Counted from the first letter of the stretch, positions 16,960 to 25,577 are shown. The stretch: 25,577 nt of DNA from Fidelibacterota bacterium (GCA_046861395.1 JBHHUC010000029.1:1-25577); one strand, 5' to 3'. Notes: a model not told the origin generated them from the letters alone. Numbers and translations are program-made.

Positions 16960-19284
16960 ATGAAATGTATTCGGTTCTTGATCGTGTTGTCTCTGTGCTG
17001 GAGTCTGCAGGGACAGGCCCTGGATTCGCGCTTTCATTCGGTGGAAGAAATTGCTGCACTGTTTTCGGACTATGTTGCTGATTCGACCCTGAGTGGATTT
17101 TTTCGGGTTGACACGATCGGTTATTCTTCCCGGGAGCAACGTCCCATCCTAGCGGCCGTTATATCCAATAATGTAATGCAGAAAGAAGATGAGGCTCGAC
17201 TATTATTCGTTGGACAAGTACATGCCGAGGAAGTCCTTGGTGTGGAGATTACACTGGAATTAATCTCCGAATTGCTATTTCCTGATCCGGTGGATATACA
17301 GCATGCCATGATATTGCGCCAGAACCTGGAAATCTGGATTATACCCACACTGAATCCGGAAGGTTTGGCTGTTGTGCACGATGGTTTAGACGTCACCTAC
17401 CGCAAGAATAAAACTGATTTCAGTCCTGATGGTATGTTTCCTAATGGAATATTTGATTATGATCCCAGTATCGGGAATGACGTGGATGGAGTAGATATCA
17501 ATCGGAATTTTGATTTTAACTGGGCTTTTGGCGATACTTTTCTGGAACCGGATCCATCGGATTATGGCAGCCATTTCGATTATTTCCGTGGTCCTGCCCC
17601 TTTTTCCGAGGCAGAAACACAGGCGGTAAAAAGATTAGCCGAGGAACGGAGGTTTCTGGCGTCCATCGTTTTGCATAGTTCCCGCTCGGGGCGATTGAGT
17701 GAAAAGGTGTTCACCTCATGGGAATGGGAAAATACCAAATATTCACCAGACCATCTGGCCATGAAAACCATCGGTGATATGATAGCCACATTGATTTTAA
17801 AAGAAGACGGTTCCGATTCCTACCTGTCCAGCTGGAGTAAAAGTCGGAACGGAAAAGCCCACGACTGGTTTTATTCCCAGACAGGCTGTTTTCAGTATCT
17901 GATTGAATGTGGCACATCCAATATTCAACCGGACAGTGCCTTGATTGAGGATACCATTGACCGTGTGCTGCCGGCATTATATTATCTTATCGACCGCTCG
18001 CTGGGATACAATACCGATGCCGGACAGCTCAGTGGAATCATTTATGATGAAAGCACCGGAAGTCCCATCCCTGGTGTCGTAGTGAATATTGCCGAATTAA
18101 CGGGATCCGTTTTGAAAACAAGATCTACGGATGAATTTGGTCGCTTTCGCCGACTGGTTAATGCCGGAACCTACACGCTGCAGCTGAACCATCCGGCCTA
18201 TTTTCCCCGTGAAATCACTCTGACTGCCAATAACAGCATCGTTACTCAATTCAGTACAGGGCTGGTTCCACGACAGACCTATCAGCTTGATGTCAGTATC
18301 GTGACGGAATCGGATTGGCCTTCCGGTGAAATCCTGCGGCTAACTCTTACTTCGGAAATGGGTATAACCGATACCCTGTCTCTGGCAGGGAACACTCTGT
18401 CTTTCAGCCGAACCGAAGGGGAGTGGGAACTCACGCTGATAAGCGAAAACGGGATTGCGGTACAGAAGAAAGTCCTGCTGGATCAGGATAAGGCCGTCAA
18501 TCTTCTCTATCGTCATCCTGATATCAGTCATACCTTTTCCCTGAATGATGAAAGCGAATGGCAAACCGTTATTGGTGACTGGGTCTTCGAGCCGATGGAA
18601 ATACGTTCCCAGGCCGACGCCTATTATGCCAATAGCGATACACTCACCGCTACCCAAACTCTTGTATCTACACCGTTGTATGTCGGGTCTTATAATCGGA
18701 TAGTATGTACCATCGACCATCGTTATGAACTGGAATGGGATCGGGATTCCATCATGGTATCGATTTTCGATAATGCCGGACATTCTGTAACCGAATCATT
18801 CTCGGATCATCATTGGAATATGGCAACCCGGAATATTCTGACGTTCATAAATGAATTTATCTCCGATTCGGTTCGTCTGCTGCTGAAGTTCAAGAAAGAC
18901 CAATCGGTAAACTACCGCGGCTGGATCATTAACGGACTGAAGCTGGATGCTGTCAATGATAATTATCTGGGAACGGATAACAATTCCCATCATTCCATTA
19001 CCTATGCGCTGCCCACCCTGATCGGACCGTATCCAAATCCTTCAACGGGTAATATTAATCTGGAATTATCGAACTGGAGTGGAGAAACAACAATTACCGT
19101 GTTTAATCTGCTGGGACAGCAGGTTTACCGCGCTACATTGCCGAACCTGTCTCATAAAAGACAACACTGGTCACTGGATTTCAATAATTTATGGAACGTA
19201 AATCCGGCCTCCGGTGTGTATTTCCTGCATATTCAGAATTCTGAAAGGAAAATGATCAAGAAATGCGTCTTATTAAACCAATAA
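16960..19284 (+). CDS. M14 zinc carboxypeptidase with carboxypeptidase-regulatory-like domain and T9SS-type C-terminal domain
   Basis: DTIGYSSREQRPI, HAEE (HxxE Zn ligands), IIPTLNPEG, RKN, GVDINRNF, GPAPFSEAET, VLHS and IECG (catalytic Glu). Regulatory-like domain GIIYDESTGSPIPG..TDEFGRF. C-terminal YPNP...FNLLGQ...ASGVYF. Confidence 0.9.
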   Translation: MKCIRFLIVLSLCWSLQGQALDSRFHSVEEIAALFSDYVADSTLSGFFRVDTIGYSSREQRPILAAVISNNVMQKEDEARLLFVGQVHAEEVLGVEITLELISELLFPDPVDIQHAMILRQNLEIWIIPTLNPEGLAVVHDGLDVTYRKNKTDFSPDGMFPNGIFDYDPSIGNDVDGVDINRNFDFNWAFGDTFLEPDPSDYGSHFDYFRGPAPFSEAETQAVKRLAEERRFLASIVLHSSRSGRLSEKVFTSWEWENTKYSPDHLAMKTIGDMIATLILKEDGSDSYLSSWSKSRNGKAHDWFYSQTGCFQYLIECGTSNIQPDSALIEDTIDRVLPALYYLIDRSLGYNTDAGQLSGIIYDESTGSPIPGVVVNIAELTGSVLKTRSTDEFGRFRRLVNAGTYTLQLNHPAYFPREITLTANNSIVTQFSTGLVPRQTYQLDVSIVTESDWPSGEILRLTLTSEMGITDTLSLAGNTLSFSRTEGEWELTLISENGIAVQKKVLLDQDKAVNLLYRHPDISHTFSLNDESEWQTVIGDWVFEPMEIRSQADAYYANSDTLTATQTLVSTPLYVGSYNRIVCTIDHRYELEWDRDSIMVSIFDNAGHSVTESFSDHHWNMATRNILTFINEFISDSVRLLLKFKKDQSVNYRGWIINGLKLDAVNDNYLGTDNNSHHSITYALPTLIGPYPNPSTGNINLELSNWSGETTITVFNLLGQQVYRATLPNLSHKRQHWSLDFNNLWNVNPASGVYFLHIQNSERKMIKKCVLLNQ

Positions 19285-22200
19285 TATTTGGCTATCTGGG
19301 ATTCAGTCTCATGTTGGCTGCCGACCTAAAGTTCCGTGATTCGGAACGGAGCCAGGTTCAGGGACCTGTTCCGTTGGCATTTAAATCCTATCTCACCGTC
19401 GGACAAACAGAAGCCAGTAATTTGACCTTTGTCCGGGGAGAATACCTGATCATTACACCGGACGCACTTGAATCCTATCTAATCGATTTCATCCAGTTTA
19501 AAAAATCTCAGGGTTTTGATGTTGTAGTTGCCACGCTGTCACAGACCGGCACCAATCCCGATGATATAAAAGCATTTATATTATCTGAATTAGAGCAAAA
19601 TCCCTTACTGGAATACGTCCTGCTGATCGGCGATGTTGATGGTATCGGTGCCATGCCATCATTTTATTATGGTGATGCCAACGACGTGACGGATCAAAAA
19701 TACAGTCATCTGGTTGGCAATGATTATCTGCCTGATGTATTTGTGGGTCGGTTTTCAATTGATTCAATTCTGGAATTACTGGTCATCATCCAAAAAACTA
19801 TTAAATATCATCGTGATCCGTTGGCCGGAAATCCGAATTGGCTGGAAAATGCACTGGTGGTCGCTGGTAATTACTCCAATACAGTCCCCATCCCAGTCAC
19901 ACCGGTTTGGACCTCACACTGGGTTCGTGAAATTCTCTTGGACTATGGCTATACAACCGTGGATACGGTATTTTATCCGCCGTTGCAATATGGCGCACCG
20001 CAAATCCAGTCCGCCGTCAATAATGGTGTGGGGATCGTCAACTATCGTGGTTGGGGGGATGCCAATGGCTGGCATTACCCCGAATTTCATGTCAGTGATG
20101 TTTCGGCTTTGAACAACGGTTGGATGACACCGGTATTCACCAGTTTTGTCTGTAATGCCAATGATTTCGCCAATAATGTGGATCCCTGTCTGGGGGAAGC
20201 GTTGATTCGGTCCGGGTCTCCTTCATCACCCAAAGGAGGAGTAGCGGTAATCGGTCCCAGTGATTTACATACATCTACGAAATACAATAATATCATCAAT
20301 ACCTACATGTATGATGCTCTGCTGGATCATAATACGACTGAGCTTGCCCCGGCCATGCTGGCCGGTCAGCTGGGCTTATTCCGAGAATTTCCGGATCAGA
20401 ACGGGGCCGGGGAGGCACAGGAATTCTATTTACATGTTTACAATATCCTGGGGGATCCGTCCCTGGACATTCACTTGAGAACACCGGACACTTTTACCAT
20501 GACGGTTGATGACGCATCCTTAACCGATGGCTTCTTATCCTGTACCGTGCAAGATGGAGCCGGCAATCCGGTGGCGGACGCCGTCATTGCGGTTTTGGAA
20601 AATGATGAATTGATCGCCAAAGGGATAACGGACCGTAACGGGCAAGTGGCAATGAATCTTGCTATTCCGGCCACATCCAGTCTGGATATTTATGCCAATA
20701 AGAACGGATTTATCCAGGGACATATCACACGTTCCATTTCTGCCGGCAGTATGGTGATTGGTGGGTATGCCAATGCTGACGGACAATTGAATTTCCCCGT
20801 TCAGACTGGTGTGGAAACGGCGCTGTTCCCCGTATTGATCAATAATGGATCAACTACAATTCCCGCAGGCACGGGCACGGTAGCGGCCAGTCATGAAGGA
20901 ATTATTGTTACTGATAACAGTTTTGATTATCCAGCCATTCCGCCGGGAGAAAATCGTAGTGCCGCCACACCCGTCCAAATATATGTGCGTAACGGAGAAA
21001 CGACTTATCAAGCACTTCTGTCCCTTGCCGCCGGTGCTGTAACGGAAAAGACCCTGTCCCTGAAAATCGATCCGTTTAATGTTTTGGTTACACTGGGAAC
21101 ATCAGCAGCGCCAGATCCGAACTCCACGGTCCAACCCACACTTCATTTAAGCAACAAGAGCGGTCTCAATTATACGGGATTGACCGTGAAGCTGGAAACA
21201 TTATCAGATTTTACTACGATTAATCTTCCTGCGGCCTTGACGTCCGTTGCTGTAAACAGTTGGGATACAACGCTGGTTACCCTAAATGATTATACCCTAA
21301 CACTGGGTGATCTGTCTTGGGGCAGTACAATTACATTGCTGGTAACCCTGATGCAGGATACGGTGACGGTGTATAGCCAGAAACATCATATTCTGATTGA
21401 ACCGTCCGATACCAATCTCCCCACCAGTCCTTCCGGCTATGGCTATTGGGCTTACGATGATACAGATGTCGGCTATCCGGAACAGCCGGTATTTGACTGG
21501 ATCGAGCTGGATCCGGCTTACGGCGGGGAGGGCGGAACCGAATACCTGGTAGATGATGACGATCATATTAATATTTCCCTGCCATTTTCGTTTACCTATT
21601 TCGGCGATACCTATACCGAGGCTACTCTCAGCAGTAATGGCTGGATATCATTTGTTCCCTGTGAAATTGATTATTTCTGGAATTATACGATTCCCATGGC
21701 TCTGGGGCCTAAAGCCCAGGTTGCTGCTTTCTGGGATGATCTGGAAGTGGTAGGAACGGACCTGATCCGGATATATACACGGTTTGATGCATCAGAAAAT
21801 CGCTTTATTATTGAATGGTCCCGGGCCTTGAATAATTTTGATGAAATCACCATGGAAACCTTTGAAATCATTCTTTATGATCCGGCAGTATATCCAACCG
21901 TGTCTGGGGACGGCATCATTGAAATCCAATATCTGGATATTCTGGATGTGGACAGTCAAAAGAATTATGCTACGGTAGGAATTGAGGATGCTTACCAGAA
22001 TGACGGCATTCAATACGCGTTTAACAACACCTACGCCGCCGGTGCGGCACCCATTGCCAATAGCAGAGTCATTCGCTTTACCACCAATCCGCCGGATAAT
22101 TACCAGGCGCCGCTGACAATCAAATCCCCGACGCTTCCAACCGCTTTTCGCGTTGATCCGGTTTATCCCAACCCTTTTAATGCTACGGTTACCATTCCAT

Positions 22201-22418
22201 TTGTATCCCTGATAGCGGGCGAATTTCAATTCAAAATATTTGATTTGCTGGGGCGTGAAATCTATACGAAATCCGTCAGTCAGCTTCAGCCTGGGAATAG
22301 TCTGATCCGTTGGCACGGGACAACGACAGCCGGACAACCGGTTTCGTCGGGAACCTATTTTCTGGTAGTGTATTCCAGCCGGGAAAGAATTACACAAAAA
22401 CTAGTATTATTAAAATAA
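19263..22418 (+). CDS. Second C25 (gingipain-fold) peptidase-like protein with NIDO-like domain and T9SS-type C-terminal domain, no propeptide
   Basis: YLIITP, FKKSQGFDV, YVLLIGD, DQKYSHLVGNDYLPDVFVGRFS, NYRGWG, SFVCNANDF, KGGVAVIG, YNILGDP. C-terminal YPNPFN..FDLLGREI..VSSGTYF..KLVLLK. Confidence 0.9.
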   Translation: MRLIKPIIFGYLGFSLMLAADLKFRDSERSQVQGPVPLAFKSYLTVGQTEASNLTFVRGEYLIITPDALESYLIDFIQFKKSQGFDVVVATLSQTGTNPDDIKAFILSELEQNPLLEYVLLIGDVDGIGAMPSFYYGDANDVTDQKYSHLVGNDYLPDVFVGRFSIDSILELLVIIQKTIKYHRDPLAGNPNWLENALVVAGNYSNTVPIPVTPVWTSHWVREILLDYGYTTVDTVFYPPLQYGAPQIQSAVNNGVGIVNYRGWGDANGWHYPEFHVSDVSALNNGWMTPVFTSFVCNANDFANNVDPCLGEALIRSGSPSSPKGGVAVIGPSDLHTSTKYNNIINTYMYDALLDHNTTELAPAMLAGQLGLFREFPDQNGAGEAQEFYLHVYNILGDPSLDIHLRTPDTFTMTVDDASLTDGFLSCTVQDGAGNPVADAVIAVLENDELIAKGITDRNGQVAMNLAIPATSSLDIYANKNGFIQGHITRSISAGSMVIGGYANADGQLNFPVQTGVETALFPVLINNGSTTIPAGTGTVAASHEGIIVTDNSFDYPAIPPGENRSAATPVQIYVRNGETTYQALLSLAAGAVTEKTLSLKIDPFNVLVTLGTSAAPDPNSTVQPTLHLSNKSGLNYTGLTVKLETLSDFTTINLPAALTSVAVNSWDTTLVTLNDYTLTLGDLSWGSTITLLVTLMQDTVTVYSQKHHILIEPSDTNLPTSPSGYGYWAYDDTDVGYPEQPVFDWIELDPAYGGEGGTEYLVDDDDHINISLPFSFTYFGDTYTEATLSSNGWISFVPCEIDYFWNYTIPMALGPKAQVAAFWDDLEVVGTDLIRIYTRFDASENRFIIEWSRALNNFDEITMETFEIILYDPAVYPTVSGDGIIEIQYLDILDVDSQKNYATVGIEDAYQNDGIQYAFNNTYAAGAAPIANSRVIRFTTNPPDNYQAPLTIKSPTLPTAFRVDPVYPNPFNATVTIPFVSLIAGEFQFKIFDLLGREIYTKSVSQLQPGNSLIRWHGTTTAGQPVSSGTYFLVVYSSRERITQKLVLLK

Positions 22419-22431
22419 ATGGAGTGATAAA

Positions 22432-22662
22432 TTGATTAAAATATATACAACATCCTGGTGCCCATATTGTGTGGCCGCCAAACGTTTGCTCACTGAACGT
22501 GGTAAAGAATTTGAAGAGATTGATATTGAAGCACAAGGAATCAGCCGGGAAGACCTCGTTAAAATCACGGGGGGCCGGTCCGTTCCTCAAATTGTTATTG
22601 CCGGAAATCCAATTGGAGGCTATGATAATCTCACAGCGTTGGATGCCAAAGGGAAATTATAA
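22432..22662 (+). CDS. grxC: Dithiol glutaredoxin (Grx3/GrxC-like)
   Basis: WCPYC active site, SVPQI cis-Pro motif, IGGYDNL. TTG start with GGAG about 7 nt upstream. Confidence 0.9.
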   Translation: MIKIYTTSWCPYCVAAKRLLTERGKEFEEIDIEAQGISREDLVKITGGRSVPQIVIAGNPIGGYDNLTALDAKGKL

Positions 22663-23506
22663 TCACCTACTGGTTCTTTTAAGTTTACTCCTACTGTACA
22701 GCGGATGTACTTCCGGTCCGAAGCCGGTACCTGAAACCTTTACCACCCTTACCGCAATGGAAGCGCAGGTGGATACCTACTCCGGATGGATTGGCGTTCA
22801 TCGCCGTGAAGTCAAAGATTTGCAAACTATCATGGCTCCTTTTCTGGAGGAGCAGATGCGGCATGATTTTTCTTTCTACGAAAAACTCCAACCATCCTTC
22901 GAGGCAATTGTTTCCTCCTACGATTCCGTTGCCCGTCTTGGACAAGCCCAGTATCGTCTGGTCAAGCAACTGAAACGGCGGAAAAATCCCGATGTCTTGC
23001 GTCCGGTAAAAGGAAAGAAGATTACTTACTCCGACCTGTTCATGCAAAATGACCTTGCGATTCAGCGCTTCGAATATTTACTGGATTATCATAAGGGTAA
23101 ACTGATAAAGGCATTTCGTAAGGAAAATATGCGGATGGTTTTCCTCAGGGATCAGTATAGCAGCTGGCATGAAGAAATTACTTTGCTGCAGAATGAACGG
23201 AAGGCCTTATTGCCTTCGGAAAATATGTTGTTACACGATTTTAGCCGCAATATTACGGATCGTCAACAACCACGAAAGATTATGTTGAATCGTCTAAAAC
23301 GTATTAATGTAATCCAGGACAGACTGGACAATCTGGATACAGTCCTTGGTGAAATAGATCGTCTGGGCGTGTCTGAAATCAACAGTACGGTTTTTATCGC
23401 TCCCATCGGTACGCCGCCCCGGGAATATGAAAATCGCTATAAAAAAAGTGTAGTCCAGTATAAATCATTATTGGCCAAATTGGATAAATATTTACCGAAT
23501 CAGTGA
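22643..23506 (+). CDS. Alpha-helical (coiled-coil-like) lipoprotein of unknown function
   Basis: ATG at 22643 gives MPKGNYNHLLVLLSLLLLYSGC (lipobox), followed by long amphipathic helices. Overlaps the grxC stop. The longer 22469 start would overlap most of grxC. Confidence 0.7.
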   Translation: MPKGNYNHLLVLLSLLLLYSGCTSGPKPVPETFTTLTAMEAQVDTYSGWIGVHRREVKDLQTIMAPFLEEQMRHDFSFYEKLQPSFEAIVSSYDSVARLGQAQYRLVKQLKRRKNPDVLRPVKGKKITYSDLFMQNDLAIQRFEYLLDYHKGKLIKAFRKENMRMVFLRDQYSSWHEEITLLQNERKALLPSENMLLHDFSRNITDRQQPRKIMLNRLKRINVIQDRLDNLDTVLGEIDRLGVSEINSTVFIAPIGTPPREYENRYKKSVVQYKSLLAKLDKYLPNQ

Positions 23507-25374
23507 ATGAATGTCACAGGTAGCCAAACGGCCGTATCATCTGAAGCGGTAATAACAATAAAATACACCCCCGAGCTCACCATCTTTAGAGCACGGTTCT
23601 TTCCGTTCCAGCGGTAGGAATATGTTTCGTTTTCTAACCAGTCACCGGTAAAGACCGTACGGATCAATGCGCCGTTCTGATTGTAAATTTTTACTGATGC
23701 GTATTGATTCCTTAATGATGAAATCCTAAAAACAACTCCCTGTTGAAAAAATGGATTTGGCTGGGGACCGGATACCAGAAACGGTCGGGCTTGTTCTTCT
23801 TCCTGCTGTCCATCGGTAACAACCAATTGGTATTGATAATCCGATTCTTCCTCAATGGCGGAAACAACAATATACATCCAGGTAAAGCCGTTAGATACAG
23901 GGTCGATATTTACTTCATTGCCGGTTTTGATGTAGTACTGATTATCTGCTGTTTTGAGAATGGCAGAAATATGGTAATCGGTACTATTACCGATTTCGGG
24001 AAATAGTGAATATTTCATCGGCTGATCTGCGGATAGGAATATATAATTGGTCCCATATTGTTCCAGGTTTGAACTGAAGACCGTATCGCTGGTACCAGGA
24101 GTAAATCTGATGATATCGAGAACATGGGGACCGTCAGGATACACGGGATAAGCTTCCGCTTCATCATAGCTGTAAATCCCTGCTGTTGAAGAAGAGGAGA
24201 GAATGCGATTGGCAATGGCCATTTTGGTAAATGCATCCACAAAACCGGATGCCTCAGGAGCCAGAGCATTATCTATGATCAATGTACTGTTATCAATGCC
24301 GTAACTGTCGTGGATGCGGGATTCGTCGAACATCCTCCGAATAACAGCCTGACCACCCAGATGGGCTGTAATGTATTCAAAAAATATGTATGATCCATAC
24401 CATCGCGAATCGTTTTCCGGATTCAGAGACAGGTGGGGGCGAGAGAACCAATCGGGTAAATACTGATAGCAGTCATTGATATCATCATAGACCGTTTCTT
24501 CCATCCACACTGAAGTGGCTTCCAGCAACCAGTTTTTTTCCCAGGCATCGTAACCGTACTGGATTGCATGAAAAAATTCATGAGCCACAGTAACCCGGAT
24601 ATTATTCATCTCCGAGTTGGGAAAACCGTCATAATTATTCCGAATTGCCATGTAGCTGGTCCAGGCATTGGTTTCAGTCACCTGAGGCGAGTTGGGATTA
24701 TCGCCAACCTCTATCTCACCCTGTACATAACCATAATAACCAGAACTTAAATTCCGGATATAGACATCATAGGACGCAGAACCACCATTATCCATTCCGG
24801 CCGAATAGGACCCGTCATTCGGAGGTAAATCATATTCCAGTGCCAGGATTTCAGTCTGATATACCTCCTCAAAGATAGTGATTACAGAATCCACATAGTC
24901 CGGGATTCCATTGCCGGAAATATCGACAGGATCAGTGGCGTTTATTCCGGTCAGGGTATAATGAAATCGAAAAATTCCTGCATCCAGACTCAGCTCCAGG
25001 TTTTGGCTTTCCGGGCGATCCGTCCTGAGGCGAGTTGTGCCGTATATTTTATATCCCTGCGATATCAGAATTTGCTGTAAAGAATCGGGAAGGGTACTGC
25101 CGTGCAATAGAATATCCCGTAACCATAATGAGGGATGGACATCTGTTGCCTGGTCAGGATGAAGCAGAGATTGGGCGGATTGTACAATCGGTTGATACTT
25201 GCCGGCCTGCAATCCGAGTTGAGGCAGAGATAACAGGAGGAAAAGAAGGATAACTTTACCCGGAAATTTTCGGAATTTATCATTTTTCTTTTTGCGCAGA
25301 ATCACCCGCACATAAAGTCCCATAAGGATGATTCCCAATGCCCAGAACAAGGCAAAATACAGGGAATTATTCAT
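23500..25374 (-). CDS. Secreted HEXXH (gluzincin-type) metalloprotease, MXAN_6640-like, with FlgD-Ig/T9SS-type C-terminal domain
   Basis: VTVAHEFFHAIQYGY (HEFFH at 24568-24582), then WLLEATSVWME (third ligand Glu). DISGNGIPDYVD loop. C-terminal PNPF..IYNQNGALI..WNGKN..VSSGVYFI. Confidence 0.8.
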   Translation of the reverse strand: MNNSLYFALFWALGIILMGLYVRVILRKKKNDKFRKFPGKVILLFLLLSLPQLGLQAGKYQPIVQSAQSLLHPDQATDVHPSLWLRDILLHGSTLPDSLQQILISQGYKIYGTTRLRTDRPESQNLELSLDAGIFRFHYTLTGINATDPVDISGNGIPDYVDSVITIFEEVYQTEILALEYDLPPNDGSYSAGMDNGGSASYDVYIRNLSSGYYGYVQGEIEVGDNPNSPQVTETNAWTSYMAIRNNYDGFPNSEMNNIRVTVAHEFFHAIQYGYDAWEKNWLLEATSVWMEETVYDDINDCYQYLPDWFSRPHLSLNPENDSRWYGSYIFFEYITAHLGGQAVIRRMFDESRIHDSYGIDNSTLIIDNALAPEASGFVDAFTKMAIANRILSSSSTAGIYSYDEAEAYPVYPDGPHVLDIIRFTPGTSDTVFSSNLEQYGTNYIFLSADQPMKYSLFPEIGNSTDYHISAILKTADNQYYIKTGNEVNIDPVSNGFTWMYIVVSAIEEESDYQYQLVVTDGQQEEEQARPFLVSGPQPNPFFQQGVVFRISSLRNQYASVKIYNQNGALIRTVFTGDWLENETYSYRWNGKNRALKMVSSGVYFIVITASDDTAVWLPVTFIH

Positions 25375-25576
25375 CTACGGTAGGGGTTTTCCGAATAAAT
25401 TTATCGTAAATAAATGTAAGGGAAATTAAAGCCAGGCCGGTTTGAGTTTCCCATATCTGAGTCCGTCGTTCAGCCTGTGCTTCCATCAGTCCCGAGGCGG
25501 TAAGCATGAATCCCAATAAATAGCAGCTGTTCCTGGTATTCCGGTAGTTAAAGGTACTCATACGTGTTGCTGATGC
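25367..25576 (-). CDS. Partial hypothetical (membrane-associated) protein, probably 5'-truncated by the window edge
   Basis: The frame is open to the window edge (ASATR-MSTFNYR...). Two hydrophobic stretches. The stop overlaps the start of the metalloprotease by 8 bp. Confidence 0.55.
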   Translation of the reverse strand, partial: ASATRMSTFNYRNTRNSCYLLGFMLTASGLMEAQAERRTQIWETQTGLALISLTFIYDKFIRKTPTVDE

Positions 25577-25577
25577 C

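Noticed and set aside
21792..22397. 201-aa antisense ORF, and the many other 60-170 aa ORFs nested in or antisense to the long genes
   Set aside because: They lie within well-supported genes, show no recognisable motifs, and are expected shadow ORFs.
22469..22642. Upstream extension of the helical lipoprotein ORF
   Set aside because: It would overlap most of grxC and bury the lipoprotein signal. ATG at 22643 is more plausible.
1..25577. CRISPR array, tRNA/rRNA, transposase/integrase or prophage
   Set aside because: Nearly all sequence is coding, and no regularly spaced DNA repeats or mobile-element motifs were seen. The repeats found are intragenic protein repeats.

Overview
Gene-dense bacterial window, most likely from an FCB-group organism (Marinimicrobia/Cloacimonetes-like). 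That placement is inferred only from T9SS/FlgD-type C-terminal sorting domains, a dockerin-tailed peptidase and NYRG-type C25 proteins. The left end holds the tail of a type IV pilus/type II secretion locus: a truncated Ig-like acidic surface protein, a PilB/GspE ATPase and PilC/GspF. After a 144-bp intergenic region with a candidate promoter and palindromic operator comes a tightly coupled ~19-kb + strand cluster (4563-23506) of 12 genes. In order these are: a C25 gingipain-fold protein with dockerin, pgsB, pgsC, a pgsW-like gene, a basic exported two-domain protein, a basic putative outer-membrane beta-barrel, an LVIVD lipoprotein, a 16-repeat beta-propeller with sorting domain, an M14 zinc carboxypeptidase with sorting domain, a second C25 with sorting domain, a glutaredoxin and a helical lipoprotein. 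A convergent HEXXH metalloprotease and a partial ORF close the window. The best candidate for a new system is a diderm poly-gamma-glutamate synthesis, export and processing operon with no pgsA/capA, capD or capE in the window. It has a putative cationic export channel, a carboxypeptidase whose predicted S1' pocket is basic, and two gingipain paralogues that keep the catalytic Cys but lack the canonical His. No RNA genes, CRISPR arrays or mobile elements were seen.
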